This document shows positions 56,005 to 64,000 of a stretch of DNA of 64,000 bases, piece by piece. How positions within the stretch are numbered: position 1 is the first letter of the stretch; each line of letters begins with the position of its first letter. Source of the stretch: Alphaproteobacteria bacterium (GTDB lineage: Bacteria; Pseudomonadota; Alphaproteobacteria; SP197); assembly GCA_965221115.1 (NCBI GenBank), contig CBDCRU010000001.1:1636912-1700911 (forward strand). The letters are read 5' to 3'. The position numbers were made by a program, and so were the translations under genes. The notes under the pieces were generated by a model, which saw nothing but the letters and a program-made list of their open reading frames with translations, was not told the DNA's origin and ran no database searches.

Positions 56005-56824
56005 GCTCGGCATTGTCGCCGGCGGCACCGCCCTGCCGGGCCTGCTTGCCCGGAGCGCCATCGAGGGGGGCAGGGAAGTCTTCATCATCGCCCTTGAGGG
56101 GCAGGCAGAACCGGAAATCGTCGGGACGTTCAACCATGCCTGGGTCCGCATGGGCGCCGTTGGCAAGGCGCTCGAACATCTGCGCCGCGAGGGTGTGGAA
56201 GAGATCGTCCTCGCCGGACCCGTCACGAGGCCAACGTTGGGCGAACTTGTTCCGGACCGGCGTGCAGCACGCCTTCTTGCGACCGGCGTGTTCTCCAGAG
56301 GCGACGATGGCCTGCTGTCTGAGATCGTGCGATTTCTCGAGATGGAAGAGGGATTTCGGGTCATCGGTATCCCCGACATTCTCGAGAATGTCGCCGCACC
56401 GCCTGGTGTTCTCAGCGACCGGGCTCCCGACGCCAGGGAAACGACGGACATCCGGCGCGGCATGGCTGTCCTCGACGCCCTTGACCCCGTCGACGTCGGT
56501 CAGGCGGTCGCAGTGCAGAACGGTGTCATTCTCGGTATCGAGGCCGTCGAGGGAACGGACGCCCTTATCAAACGTGCAGGGGAGCTAGCCCGGCCGGGAG
56601 CGGGACCGGTGCTTGTCAAGTTCTCCAAGACCGGCCAGGAGTTGCGCACCGACCAGCCGGTCACCGGTCCGGGGACCGTGGCTTCCTGTGTGAATGCGGG
56701 ATTCAGCGGGATTGCCGTCGAAGCTGGCAAGTCGCTCATCGTCGATCTCTCGAACACCATCGCTGCCGCCAACCGTCACAATCTCTTCGTCACTTCACTG
56801 TCACGCCAAGATACCCGGACATGA
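55994..56824 (+). CDS. lpxI: UDP-2,3-diacylglucosamine pyrophosphatase LpxI (DUF1009)
   Basis: 276-aa protein in the lpxA-[lpxI]-lpxB slot that LpxI occupies in alphaproteobacteria lacking lpxH (established for Caulobacter). Sequence ...GIVAGGTALPGL...DVGQAVAVQNGVILGIEAVEGTDALI... is consistent. Confidence 0.8.
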   Translation: MPPKLGIVAGGTALPGLLARSAIEGGREVFIIALEGQAEPEIVGTFNHAWVRMGAVGKALEHLRREGVEEIVLAGPVTRPTLGELVPDRRAARLLATGVFSRGDDGLLSEIVRFLEMEEGFRVIGIPDILENVAAPPGVLSDRAPDARETTDIRRGMAVLDALDPVDVGQAVAVQNGVILGIEAVEGTDALIKRAGELARPGAGPVLVKFSKTGQELRTDQPVTGPGTVASCVNAGFSGIAVEAGKSLIVDLSNTIAAANRHNLFVTSLSRQDTRT

Positions 56825-57945
56825 CAGGACCAATGGTCTATCTTGTGGCCGGTGAGCCCTCCGGGGACGCACTGGGTGCCGAACTCATGCGCGCTCTCGT
56901 CAGAGAGACCGGAGGTGACATCGAGTTTGCCGGAGTCGGCGGCCCGGAAATGGAGGAGGAGGGCCTCACTTCGATCTATCCCATGTCGGAGCTTTCGGTC
57001 ATGGGACTGGTCGAGGTGATTCCAGGTCTTGCCAGGATACTGAGGCGTCTCGCACAGACTTCACGCCACCTGCGCACAACGCGTCCCAATGTTCTCGTCA
57101 CCATCGATTCCCAGGCTTTTTCCCGACGTCTGGCCGAGCGTATCCACCCGGCTCCCTTTCCTGTGGTTCACTACGTCGGACCCACGGTTTGGGCCTGGCG
57201 ACCATCGAGAATCAGGAAGGTGTCGTCTGTCGTCGACAGATTACTCTTGCTGTTTCCCTTCGAAGTATCCTGTTGGGAAGGATCCGGCGTTGACGCAATC
57301 TATGTCGGTCATCCCTTGGCAGACAGGAAGCACGAACACCCATCCCCCATCAGAGACGACGGACCTCGCATCGTTCTTCTTCCCGGCAGCCGCAAGGGGG
57401 AGATCAGGCGCCATCTGCCCATTTTCCGCGAGGTGGCAGAACATCTGGCCCGGGATATCCCGGATGCCGGGATGGTGATACCGACCGTTACCAATGTCGT
57501 TGAAGAGGTTCGCCGTGGTACGCGTTCCTGGTCCTGTTCGGTCGAGATCGTGGAACGCCCAAGCGACGGACGCCTTCGGGTTATGGCGGGCGCCGATGCA
57601 GCGATCGCCGTGTCGGGAACGGTGGCGCTGGAGCTTGCGTCGCTTGGCATTCCACATGTCATCGCCTACAGGGCCAATCCCCTCACGGCCGCCATCGTTC
57701 GCCGCCTCGTCACCGTCCGGTACGCCTCTCTGGTGAACATCATGGCGGATAGGGAGGTGTCTCCCGAGTTCATTCAGGATGAGTGCCGTGCTGGTGCCAT
57801 TCACGACGCACTCCGACGCATTCTCGACGACCCTCTGGAAGCCGGGACCCAGAAAGAGCGCATGGCCGGAGTCATGCAGAGCCTTCATCATCCCGATGGG
57901 CCCTCATCCACCGTCGCCGCCCGCGCCATCCTGGAGGTCATTTGA
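56821..57945 (+). CDS. lpxB: lipid-A-disaccharide synthase
   Basis: ...YLVAGEPSGDALGAELMRAL... GT-B glycosyltransferase LpxB N-terminus. 374 aa. Confidence 0.9.
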   Translation: MTGPMVYLVAGEPSGDALGAELMRALVRETGGDIEFAGVGGPEMEEEGLTSIYPMSELSVMGLVEVIPGLARILRRLAQTSRHLRTTRPNVLVTIDSQAFSRRLAERIHPAPFPVVHYVGPTVWAWRPSRIRKVSSVVDRLLLLFPFEVSCWEGSGVDAIYVGHPLADRKHEHPSPIRDDGPRIVLLPGSRKGEIRRHLPIFREVAEHLARDIPDAGMVIPTVTNVVEEVRRGTRSWSCSVEIVERPSDGRLRVMAGADAAIAVSGTVALELASLGIPHVIAYRANPLTAAIVRRLVTVRYASLVNIMADREVSPEFIQDECRAGAIHDALRRILDDPLEAGTQKERMAGVMQSLHHPDGPSSTVAARAILEVI

Positions 57946-58038
57946 GGTGCGGGCCTTCCAGAGTCTGTGGAACCAACAGCACCGGTCGCCTGGCATTGAG
58001 GGTCCAGCCGCAAGAACAACAGGCTTGCGTCTGGCTGG

Positions 58039-60185
58039 CTAGCCCATCTTTAACGTTTTCCCCACCTGCAAGGGGTGATTTCGAGGATTTCGGGGTATCT
58101 GCCTTCTGCGTCCGCTATTGAATACTACGTCATTACATGGAGTTGGCAGTCGAGCGATGTCCGGAAGGGTCGTTGTAGTGCCATCTTTTTGTGTTGGGGC
58201 CTTGCGCCGGGTGGCCAAGGCCCTACAGTGCCGCCCATGTTCATCCGCGCCACCAAAACGGGCACCGCAAAGGACGGCTCCGCGCGCCTCTCCCACCGTC
58301 TCGTCGAGAACCAGCGCCAGAACGGAAAGGTCCGCCAGACAACCCTGCTCAACCTGGGACGACACTTCGCCATCGAGCGTGAAGCCTGGCCCCTGCTGTG
58401 CGAGCGCATCCGGGAGTTGCTCGACGGCCAGGCGACACTGGCCCTCGACCCTCTTCCCCAGGAGATCGAGGCCGAGGCGCGGCGCATCACCGCGCGGCTG
58501 CTCGAGCGTCAGGGCGAGGAGACGCCCGGGGCCGACTGGGAGACCGTCGATGTCGGGTCCGCCTGCGACATGGACGGGCGCACCATCGGTGTCGAGCATG
58601 CCGCATGGCAGGCCCTGGAGATGCTGGGCCTGCCCGCACTCCTCGACGAGCTGGGCTTCAACCGGCGCCAGCGGTGCTGCGCCCTGGGGTCCATCATCGC
58701 CCGCATGGCGCATCCGGGCTCGGAACGCGAGACCAACCGGTGGCTGCGCAGGACGAGCGCTGCCGGCGAGATGCTCGGCTTCGACTTCGGCCAAGTCAGC
58801 GACATGGCGCTCTACCGGGCCTCGGACAGGCTTCTCGCACACCAGGAACGGATCGAGGACCATGTCTTCGGCACGGTGGAGAACTTCTTCGGCCTCAAGC
58901 CCACGATCACGCTCTATGATCTCACCAACACCTTCTACGAAGGACAGGCCTCGGGACAGCCCAAGGCCAGGCGGGGTCATTCCAAGGAGGGGCGCACGGA
59001 CGCGCCCCTGTTGACCCTGGGTCTGGTTCTCGACGGCTCGGGCTTTGTCCACCGATCGGGCGTCTTTGCCGGCAACGTCACCGAGGCTCATACACTGGGC
59101 TCGATGCTGGAATCCCTGGGAGCGCCCGAGGGCGGCGTGGTCATCATGGACCGCGGCATCGCCACGAAGGCCAACCTCGCCTGGCTGCGCCGTGAGGGCT
59201 ACCGCTATCTCGTGGTCTCCCGCGACGCCACCCGGGTCTTCGACGCCACCAGGCAGGCCACCAGGGTGGTGACCTCGTCCCGGGGGACGGTGGACGTCTA
59301 CACGGAAGAGGTCGGTTGCGAGGAAGACGACGGCACGCCCTACCGGGAGGTTCTTCTGCGCTGTCACTCCGCGGCCCGGGAGACCAAGGAACGGGGCATC
59401 CTGGAGCGCTTCCGGACACGCTTCGAGGACGGCCTGAGAGATCTCCACGAGAGCCTCTCCAGACCCCGCACGGATAAGGGTCTCGACCATGTCCAGCGCC
59501 GCATCGGCCGCCTCGAGAAGGCCAACGCCCGTGTCGCCCGGCACTACGAGATCACCGTCACCCCCGATGACGAGGGCAAAAAGGCCCTCGCCGTCTCCTG
59601 GAGCCTGAAAGCCATCGAGGGATCCATGATGAGCCACCCGGGGGTCTACTGCCTGCGCTCCAACATCCTCGACCTCGATGCCGAGACCCTGTGGCGCACC
59701 TACGTCACCCTGACCGACGTCGAGGCCGTGTTCCGCTCGCTGAAATCAGAGCTCGGCCTGCGCCCCATCTTCCACCACAAGCAGCGCCGCGCCGACGGCC
59801 ATCTCTTCATCTCCGTCATCGCCTACCAGGCCGTGCAGCTCCTGCGCACGCGCATGAAACGGGCCGGCGCCTCGGACAGCTGGACCTCCATACGCCATGC
59901 CTTGAGATCCCTGCAGCGCACCACCACCACCTTCACCCGAAAGGATGGCAGGACCCTGCACGTGCGAAAGACGGCGCTTTGCGACGACCAGCAGGCCGTC
60001 ATCTACCACGCCATGGGAATCACGGCGCCGCCGCGAAACGTCCGCAAGACCGTGGTCTGACGCCACCTCCCGCCTCGGACGGAACAGCGGCTCGTCAGCC
60101 GCAACACACCACTTGTAGTGCCACTCGGAATCCTACCCCACTGACTCTACGAAGCTTTTTGCACCACATGTTAAACTTCGGCTAG
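58039..60185 (+). mobile_element. IS1634-family (IS4 superfamily) insertion sequence, apparently intact; ends approximate
   Basis: Contains one long DDE transposase ORF. Candidate imperfect terminal inverted repeats: CTAGCC-N4-TTTAAC at 58039-58054 versus GTTAAA-N4-GGCTAG at 60170-60185. No clean target-site duplication found, so boundaries are low-confidence. Confidence 0.5.
58237..60060 (+). CDS. IS1634-family transposase
   Basis: N-terminus MFIRATKTGTAKDGSARLSHRLVENQRQNGKVRQTTLLNLG matches the characteristic MFIRxK...LVESxRxxGKVxQxxLxNLG start of IS1634-group transposases. 607 aa, no frameshift. ATG 58237 chosen over the 58075 extension. Confidence 0.85.
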   Translation: MFIRATKTGTAKDGSARLSHRLVENQRQNGKVRQTTLLNLGRHFAIEREAWPLLCERIRELLDGQATLALDPLPQEIEAEARRITARLLERQGEETPGADWETVDVGSACDMDGRTIGVEHAAWQALEMLGLPALLDELGFNRRQRCCALGSIIARMAHPGSERETNRWLRRTSAAGEMLGFDFGQVSDMALYRASDRLLAHQERIEDHVFGTVENFFGLKPTITLYDLTNTFYEGQASGQPKARRGHSKEGRTDAPLLTLGLVLDGSGFVHRSGVFAGNVTEAHTLGSMLESLGAPEGGVVIMDRGIATKANLAWLRREGYRYLVVSRDATRVFDATRQATRVVTSSRGTVDVYTEEVGCEEDDGTPYREVLLRCHSAARETKERGILERFRTRFEDGLRDLHESLSRPRTDKGLDHVQRRIGRLEKANARVARHYEITVTPDDEGKKALAVSWSLKAIEGSMMSHPGVYCLRSNILDLDAETLWRTYVTLTDVEAVFRSLKSELGLRPIFHHKQRRADGHLFISVIAYQAVQLLRTRMKRAGASDSWTSIRHALRSLQRTTTTFTRKDGRTLHVRKTALCDDQQAVIYHAMGITAPPRNVRKTVV

Positions 60186-60466
60186 GAATCCGATCGCAAG
60201 ATCGAGAGCACTGCGGCCTGGCGAAGCATTCTCGACGGTGAAGGTAGCCGGAGAGAGCGGCTCATCAACGAGGGCCTAGGCAGCGATCGTTCACCTAAAT
60301 CATGACACCGATGCACTGTTTGCCATGGTGGAGCACCTGATCGACCAAGTTTCTCAGTCCGTGTGCCAAGGCCCTGACCCCGGAACATGACCCATGCGCC
60401 ATGAGGCCAGGAGAGACCTATCCATGATGTCAGGCTCGATTCCCCCGGCGAACGAAGGGAGTGCGC

Positions 60467-62014
60467 TCACGCGTCCAGGGTCTTCAACTCGCGACGCATG
60501 ATCTTGCCGGTACTCGTCTTCGGCACATCGTCCACGAACTGCACCTGGCGTGGCACCTTGTAGGCAGCAAGGTGCGCACGGCAATGCGTGACGATGCTCT
60601 CCTCGTCGGTTGTCTCGCCCGGCTTGAGCACCACGTACGCCTTGGCGATCTCGCCCTTCATCGCGTCCGGCTGCGGGCCGACGGCGACGAGCGCAACCGC
60701 GGGATGCATGGCGATAACGCGTTCCAGTTCGGCCGGATACACGTTGTAGCCGGCTGTCAGGATCATGTCCTTGCGCCGGTCCACGACCCACACGTAGCCG
60801 TCTTCGTCCTGTCGCGCGAGATCGCCCGAGTGCAGCCAGCCGTCGGGCTCGATCGTGGCCCGGGTCGCTGCCTCGTTTCCGTAGTAGCCCTGCATGACGA
60901 TCGGGCCCCGCACCATGATCTCGCCGACCTCATCCGTGGGCACAGTCTTCGAGGCGTCCTGGAGATCGGCGATGCGGCACTCGACGTGTGGTAGCTGAAC
61001 ACCGATGGAGCCGTGGCGGTTCTTTCCATAGAGGGGCGTGGTGGTCCCGAGGCCCGCGATCTCTGTCATGCCCCAGAGCTCGATCAGCGGGCAGCCCGCG
61101 CGTCGCTCGAACTCTTCCATCTTGGCTACTGGCATCGTCTGTCCGCCCACCGTGCAGCGAGTTAGGGAGGAGAGATCAAAGTGGTCAAAATCGGGGTGGG
61201 CGAGCATGTACATGAACATGGTGGGAACACCCTCGAACAGGGTCGCCCGATGCTCCTCGATCGCCTCCATCACCTCGGCCGGGTCAAAGGAGGGGAGCAA
61301 CACCAGCGTCATGCCGAAGAGCAGGCTCGCATTCAAGACCACATTGCCGTAGACGTGAGGGCAGGGGAGGGCGGTCACCACCGTATCTTCGCGAGTGCGA
61401 ACGTGCATGATCGCAGTCATCGCGGCGTTGACGATGACGTTGCGGTGACTGTGCATCGCCCCCTTGGGATGGCCGGTGGTGCCAGACGTGTAGCAGATTG
61501 TCGAGAGCGAGTCGGAAGGCACCCGGGCGACCTGTATGTCGGCGCGCCCGGCGGCCAGGAGATCGTCGAATGCCCGTGCCCCCGCCGGCGGGGCGCCGCC
61601 TCCAATGAGCACGACCTCGCGCAGCGTACTTTCTCCCCCGTCTCCTGCTTCTGTGCCTTCCCGGCGCGCGAGCACCGGCTCGCCCTTCTCGCGCGATGCG
61701 ATCAGCACTTTCGCCCCACAGTCCTTCACGACAAAGCCGACTTCTTCCGAGGTCAGCATTGCGTTGATGGGGTTGGCAACCGCGCCCAGCTTGTGGATCG
61801 CGTGGTAACTCACCACCCATTCCCAGGAGTTGGGGGCGTACAGTGTGACTCGATCTCCTGTCTCGACTCCGATGCTACGAAGACCGTTTGCGAGTCGATT
61901 CGAGAGTTCGTTCAACTCGGTGAAGCCGAATTGGCGGTCACCGGCTATGAGGGCGGTCTTGTCGCCGAACTGGTCCGCTGCTGTAGGCAGCACCTCGCCC
62001 AATGTGTCCAGCAT
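60467..62014 (-). CDS. AMP-dependent acyl-CoA synthetase/ligase (fatty-acid--CoA ligase family)
   Basis: AMP-binding signature YTSGTTGHPKGAMHSHRN. C-terminal ...TAGYNVYPAELERVI... and ...KTSTGKIMRRELK. GGAGG SD 7 nt before ATG 62014; the upstream 23-codon extension is rejected. Confidence 0.85.
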   Translation of the reverse strand: MLDTLGEVLPTAADQFGDKTALIAGDRQFGFTELNELSNRLANGLRSIGVETGDRVTLYAPNSWEWVVSYHAIHKLGAVANPINAMLTSEEVGFVVKDCGAKVLIASREKGEPVLARREGTEAGDGGESTLREVVLIGGGAPPAGARAFDDLLAAGRADIQVARVPSDSLSTICYTSGTTGHPKGAMHSHRNVIVNAAMTAIMHVRTREDTVVTALPCPHVYGNVVLNASLLFGMTLVLLPSFDPAEVMEAIEEHRATLFEGVPTMFMYMLAHPDFDHFDLSSLTRCTVGGQTMPVAKMEEFERRAGCPLIELWGMTEIAGLGTTTPLYGKNRHGSIGVQLPHVECRIADLQDASKTVPTDEVGEIMVRGPIVMQGYYGNEAATRATIEPDGWLHSGDLARQDEDGYVWVVDRRKDMILTAGYNVYPAELERVIAMHPAVALVAVGPQPDAMKGEIAKAYVVLKPGETTDEESIVTHCRAHLAAYKVPRQVQFVDDVPKTSTGKIMRRELKTLDA

Positions 62015-62114
62015 GTCGTTACCTCCGTCCTTGGTCCATCCCTCCATTGAGCAACATGCCGGTTCAAGGGGCTCCCCCTTCAAGAGGGCGGGGCCTCTGC
62101 GTGCGTCCTGGGGG

Positions 62115-62543
62115 CTATTCCTGCAACCAGGGCAGGCCCGCGACCTTCCAGCCGCCGGTTCGGCCGCGATGCAGGTCGGCGTTCTTGTCGCCCTCGAATC
62201 CCTGGGCGACGTTGTAGCAGGGGCCGTAGCCCCGGGCGGTCATGGCGACCGCGGCATGCATCGAGCGCACACCGGAGCGACACAGAAAGTAGACTGGCTT
62301 GCCTTTCTCAATTCCGGCCGCTTCGCACTCCCGGACGAAGGCGATGTTGAGTTGACCGTCGGGGTAAGTCTGCCATTGCACCAGCTTCACCTGCTTGCCG
62401 ATCGTAGTCAGATCCGGCAGGCCGACGAATCGCCATTCCGGTTCGGTACGCACGTCAACGAGCGTCGCGGCCGGGTCGCGCGTCAACGCGTCGAAGGCAT
62501 CTGCCGGCATCACGTCGCCGGCATAGGGGGCTTCCTTGGTCAT
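62115..62543 (-). CDS. rhodanese-domain sulfurtransferase (single domain)
   Basis: ...TLVDVRTEPEWRFVGLPD...VYFLCRSGVRSMHAA... rhodanese fold with the CRSGVRS active-site loop. 142 aa from ATG 62543; the longer 168-aa ORF is rejected. Confidence 0.7.
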   Translation of the reverse strand: MTKEAPYAGDVMPADAFDALTRDPAATLVDVRTEPEWRFVGLPDLTTIGKQVKLVQWQTYPDGQLNIAFVRECEAAGIEKGKPVYFLCRSGVRSMHAAVAMTARGYGPCYNVAQGFEGDKNADLHRGRTGGWKVAGLPWLQE

Positions 62544-62886
62544 GGGTCCTCCATGAACAAACGGCGGCCCCGTCACCATGCACGAGGAAACGTTCCGACG
62601 CCACTCGTTCGCGCAAGTCATGGCTCCGGCGTCGGGACCTTCGAAGACATTGGCGCACTTTCAGCGATGCCCCCAATGTGAGGAGTCTTGGGTCGGCACT
62701 CACAACACCGGAACCGGCTCGCCACTCGATACTGCCGTTTTGCCTGGCTACCATCACTCCGGGAACGTGGATGTGCCTCGGAACAGTTCCGCGCCGCTGA
62801 CAGTGCCGAAGGTCCGACGCCCAGAATCATGGCTGTGCACGTCTCTCTGCTTGACATCGGGCTCCACAAGCCATAGGTCAAGCGGT

Positions 62887-62940
62887 ACGTGGTGATTTGT
62901 GCCGACCGGCTTGCGACCACGTTAAACAACCCGCTAAAAT
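62887..62940 (+). promoter_or_regulatory. SAM-II (metA-element) riboswitch aptamer upstream of metZ
   Basis: ACGUGGUGAUUUG...GGCUUGC...ACCACG...GCUAAAAU: a P1 helix (CGUGGU/ACCACG) around a GAUUUG strand, a CUUGC loop and a 3' GCUAAAA segment. Matches the consensus I recall for SAM-II (Rfam RF00521), which typically precedes metX/metZ/metA in alphaproteobacteria. Not verified with a covariance model. Confidence 0.55.
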
Positions 62941-62964
62941 GGTCGAGGCCGATCTCCAAGAGCG

Positions 62965-62996
62965 CCCTGACCCTGGTGGGTCGGGGTTTTCCTTTT
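62965..62996 (+). terminator. intrinsic terminator (9-bp GC stem, UGGU loop, U-rich tail), probable expression platform of the SAM-II leader
   Basis: CCCTGACCC-TGGT-GGGTCGGGG (one G-U pair) followed by TTTTCCTTTT, then GGAGGA SD and metZ ATG at 63009. Confidence 0.5.
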
Positions 62997-63008
62997 GGAG
63001 GATCAGAG

Positions 63009-64000
63009 ATGACTGACGCTCACGCCGCTTCCCCAACCCGACGCCCGCAGACAGCGCTGGTCCGCGGCGGCCTCACCCGCTCAGGACACGACGAGACGTC
63101 CGAAGCACTCTACATGACTTCGGGCTACGTCTATGGCACCGCCGAGGAGGTTGCCGCGGCGTTCGCGGAGGAAAACCCGCACTACATCTATTCGCGCTAC
63201 GGCAACCCGACCGTCTCCATGTTCGAGGAACGCCTGCGTCTTCTGGAGGGCGCGGAAGCCTGCCGGGCGACGGCGTCGGGCATGGCGGCCGTCTATGCTG
63301 CACTGGCGGCCTTGCTTGAAGCCGGCGATCGGGCAGTGGCCTCCCGTGCGCTGTTCGGCTCCTGCCACCACATCGTGGCGAATATCCTGCCGAGATTCGG
63401 TGTCGAGACCCATCTCGTCGACGGCACCGATCTCGATCAGTGGCGTGACGCGCTCAGAGACGGCGCCCGGGCCGTGTTCCTGGAGTCGCCATCGAATCCG
63501 ACACTCGAGATCATCGACCTGTCCGAGGTATGCGCCATCGCACACGAGGCGGGCGCACTGGTCATCGTCGACAACGTCTTTGCTTCGCCGCTTCTCCAGA
63601 AGCCTCTGGAGTTCGGCGCGGACATCGTCGTCTATTCAGCTACCAAACACATCGACGGGCAGGGCCGCTGCCTGGGCGGCGCTGTGCTCGGCCCGTCCAA
63701 GTTTGTCGACGGTCCACTCTTCGCCTTTCTCAAGCACACCGGCCCGGCGCTCTCGCCGTTCAACGCCTGGCTGCTGCTGAAGGGACTGGAGACCCTCGAT
63801 CTGCGTGTCGGTCGTCACTGTGCGAATGCCAGGGACGTGGCGCTGTGGCTCGAGAACCGCAATGGCGTCCGCCGCACGCTCTATCCGCATCTTGACAGCC
63901 ACCCCCAGGCCGCGCTTGCGCGCAAGCAGATGGTCGACGGTGGCAGCATCGTGAGCTTCGAACTCGACGGCGGGCGCCCGCAGGCCTTCCGTTTCCTCAA
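63009..64000 (+). CDS. metZ: O-succinylhomoserine sulfhydrylase (PLP-dependent Cys/Met-metabolism family), 3' end beyond window
   Basis: Hand translation MTDAHAASPTRRPQTALVRGGLTRSGHDETSEALYMTSGYVY...IYSRYGNPT...VVYSATKHIDGQGR (PLP-Lys). Open to window end, hence absent from the ORF track. GGAGGA SD upstream. Confidence 0.85.
   Translation, partial: MTDAHAASPTRRPQTALVRGGLTRSGHDETSEALYMTSGYVYGTAEEVAAAFAEENPHYIYSRYGNPTVSMFEERLRLLEGAEACRATASGMAAVYAALAALLEAGDRAVASRALFGSCHHIVANILPRFGVETHLVDGTDLDQWRDALRDGARAVFLESPSNPTLEIIDLSEVCAIAHEAGALVIVDNVFASPLLQKPLEFGADIVVYSATKHIDGQGRCLGGAVLGPSKFVDGPLFAFLKHTGPALSPFNAWLLLKGLETLDLRVGRHCANARDVALWLENRNGVRRTLYPHLDSHPQAALARKQMVDGGSIVSFELDGGRPQAFRFL

Noticed and set aside
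58039-59637. 532-aa minus-strand ORF antisense to the IS1634 transposase
   Set aside because: Gly/Asp/Leu-rich and no recognisable domain. The opposite strand carries the recognisable transposase.
63133-63780. 215-aa plus-strand ORF and 63081..63545(-) inside the metZ region
   Set aside because: They are off-frame or antisense relative to the hand-translated PLP-dependent metZ frame starting at 63009. metZ is missing from the track only because it has no in-window stop.

Overview
High-GC (~65%) alphaproteobacterial core-chromosome segment. Gene order and the presence of a membrane H+-pyrophosphatase suggest Rhodospirillales, but that is an inference. All protein identities come from reading the translated ORFs against remembered family signatures; no database search was run. 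Nearly the whole window is conserved housekeeping in known synteny blocks. They run in this order: ribH(partial)-nusB-thiL; hppA; bamE / ubiquinol-cyt-c-chaperone-yceD-rpmF-plsX-fabH-ihfA-merR-tRNA-Pro; a methyltransferase plus nnr; tRNA-Leu; tig-clpP-clpX-lon-hupB; tRNA-Val and tRNA-Asp; a complete 14-gene nuoA-N complex I operon with no inserted ORFs; birA-coaX-rnj; mce-DUF1467-tag; proS-lolC-lolD; dnaE; rpsB-tsf-pyrH-frr-uppS-cdsA-dxr-rseP-bamA-skp-lpxD-fabZ-lpxA-lpxI-lpxB. The one clear accessory element is an intact IS1634-family insertion sequence downstream of lpxB. It is followed on the minus strand by an acyl-CoA synthetase and a rhodanese. A divergent metZ (runs off the window end) follows, preceded by what I read as a SAM-II riboswitch with a downstream intrinsic terminator. 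I could not find a convincing novel multi-gene system. The observations worth a second look are small-scale: the IS and a compositionally odd segment beside it; the riboswitch/attenuator; in-frame tandem repeats inside the skp signal peptide and the rpsB tail; a 490-nt AT-richer leader with a tiny uORF overlapping the dnaE start. Many long antisense ORFs in the six-frame track are typical high-GC artefacts and were rejected.
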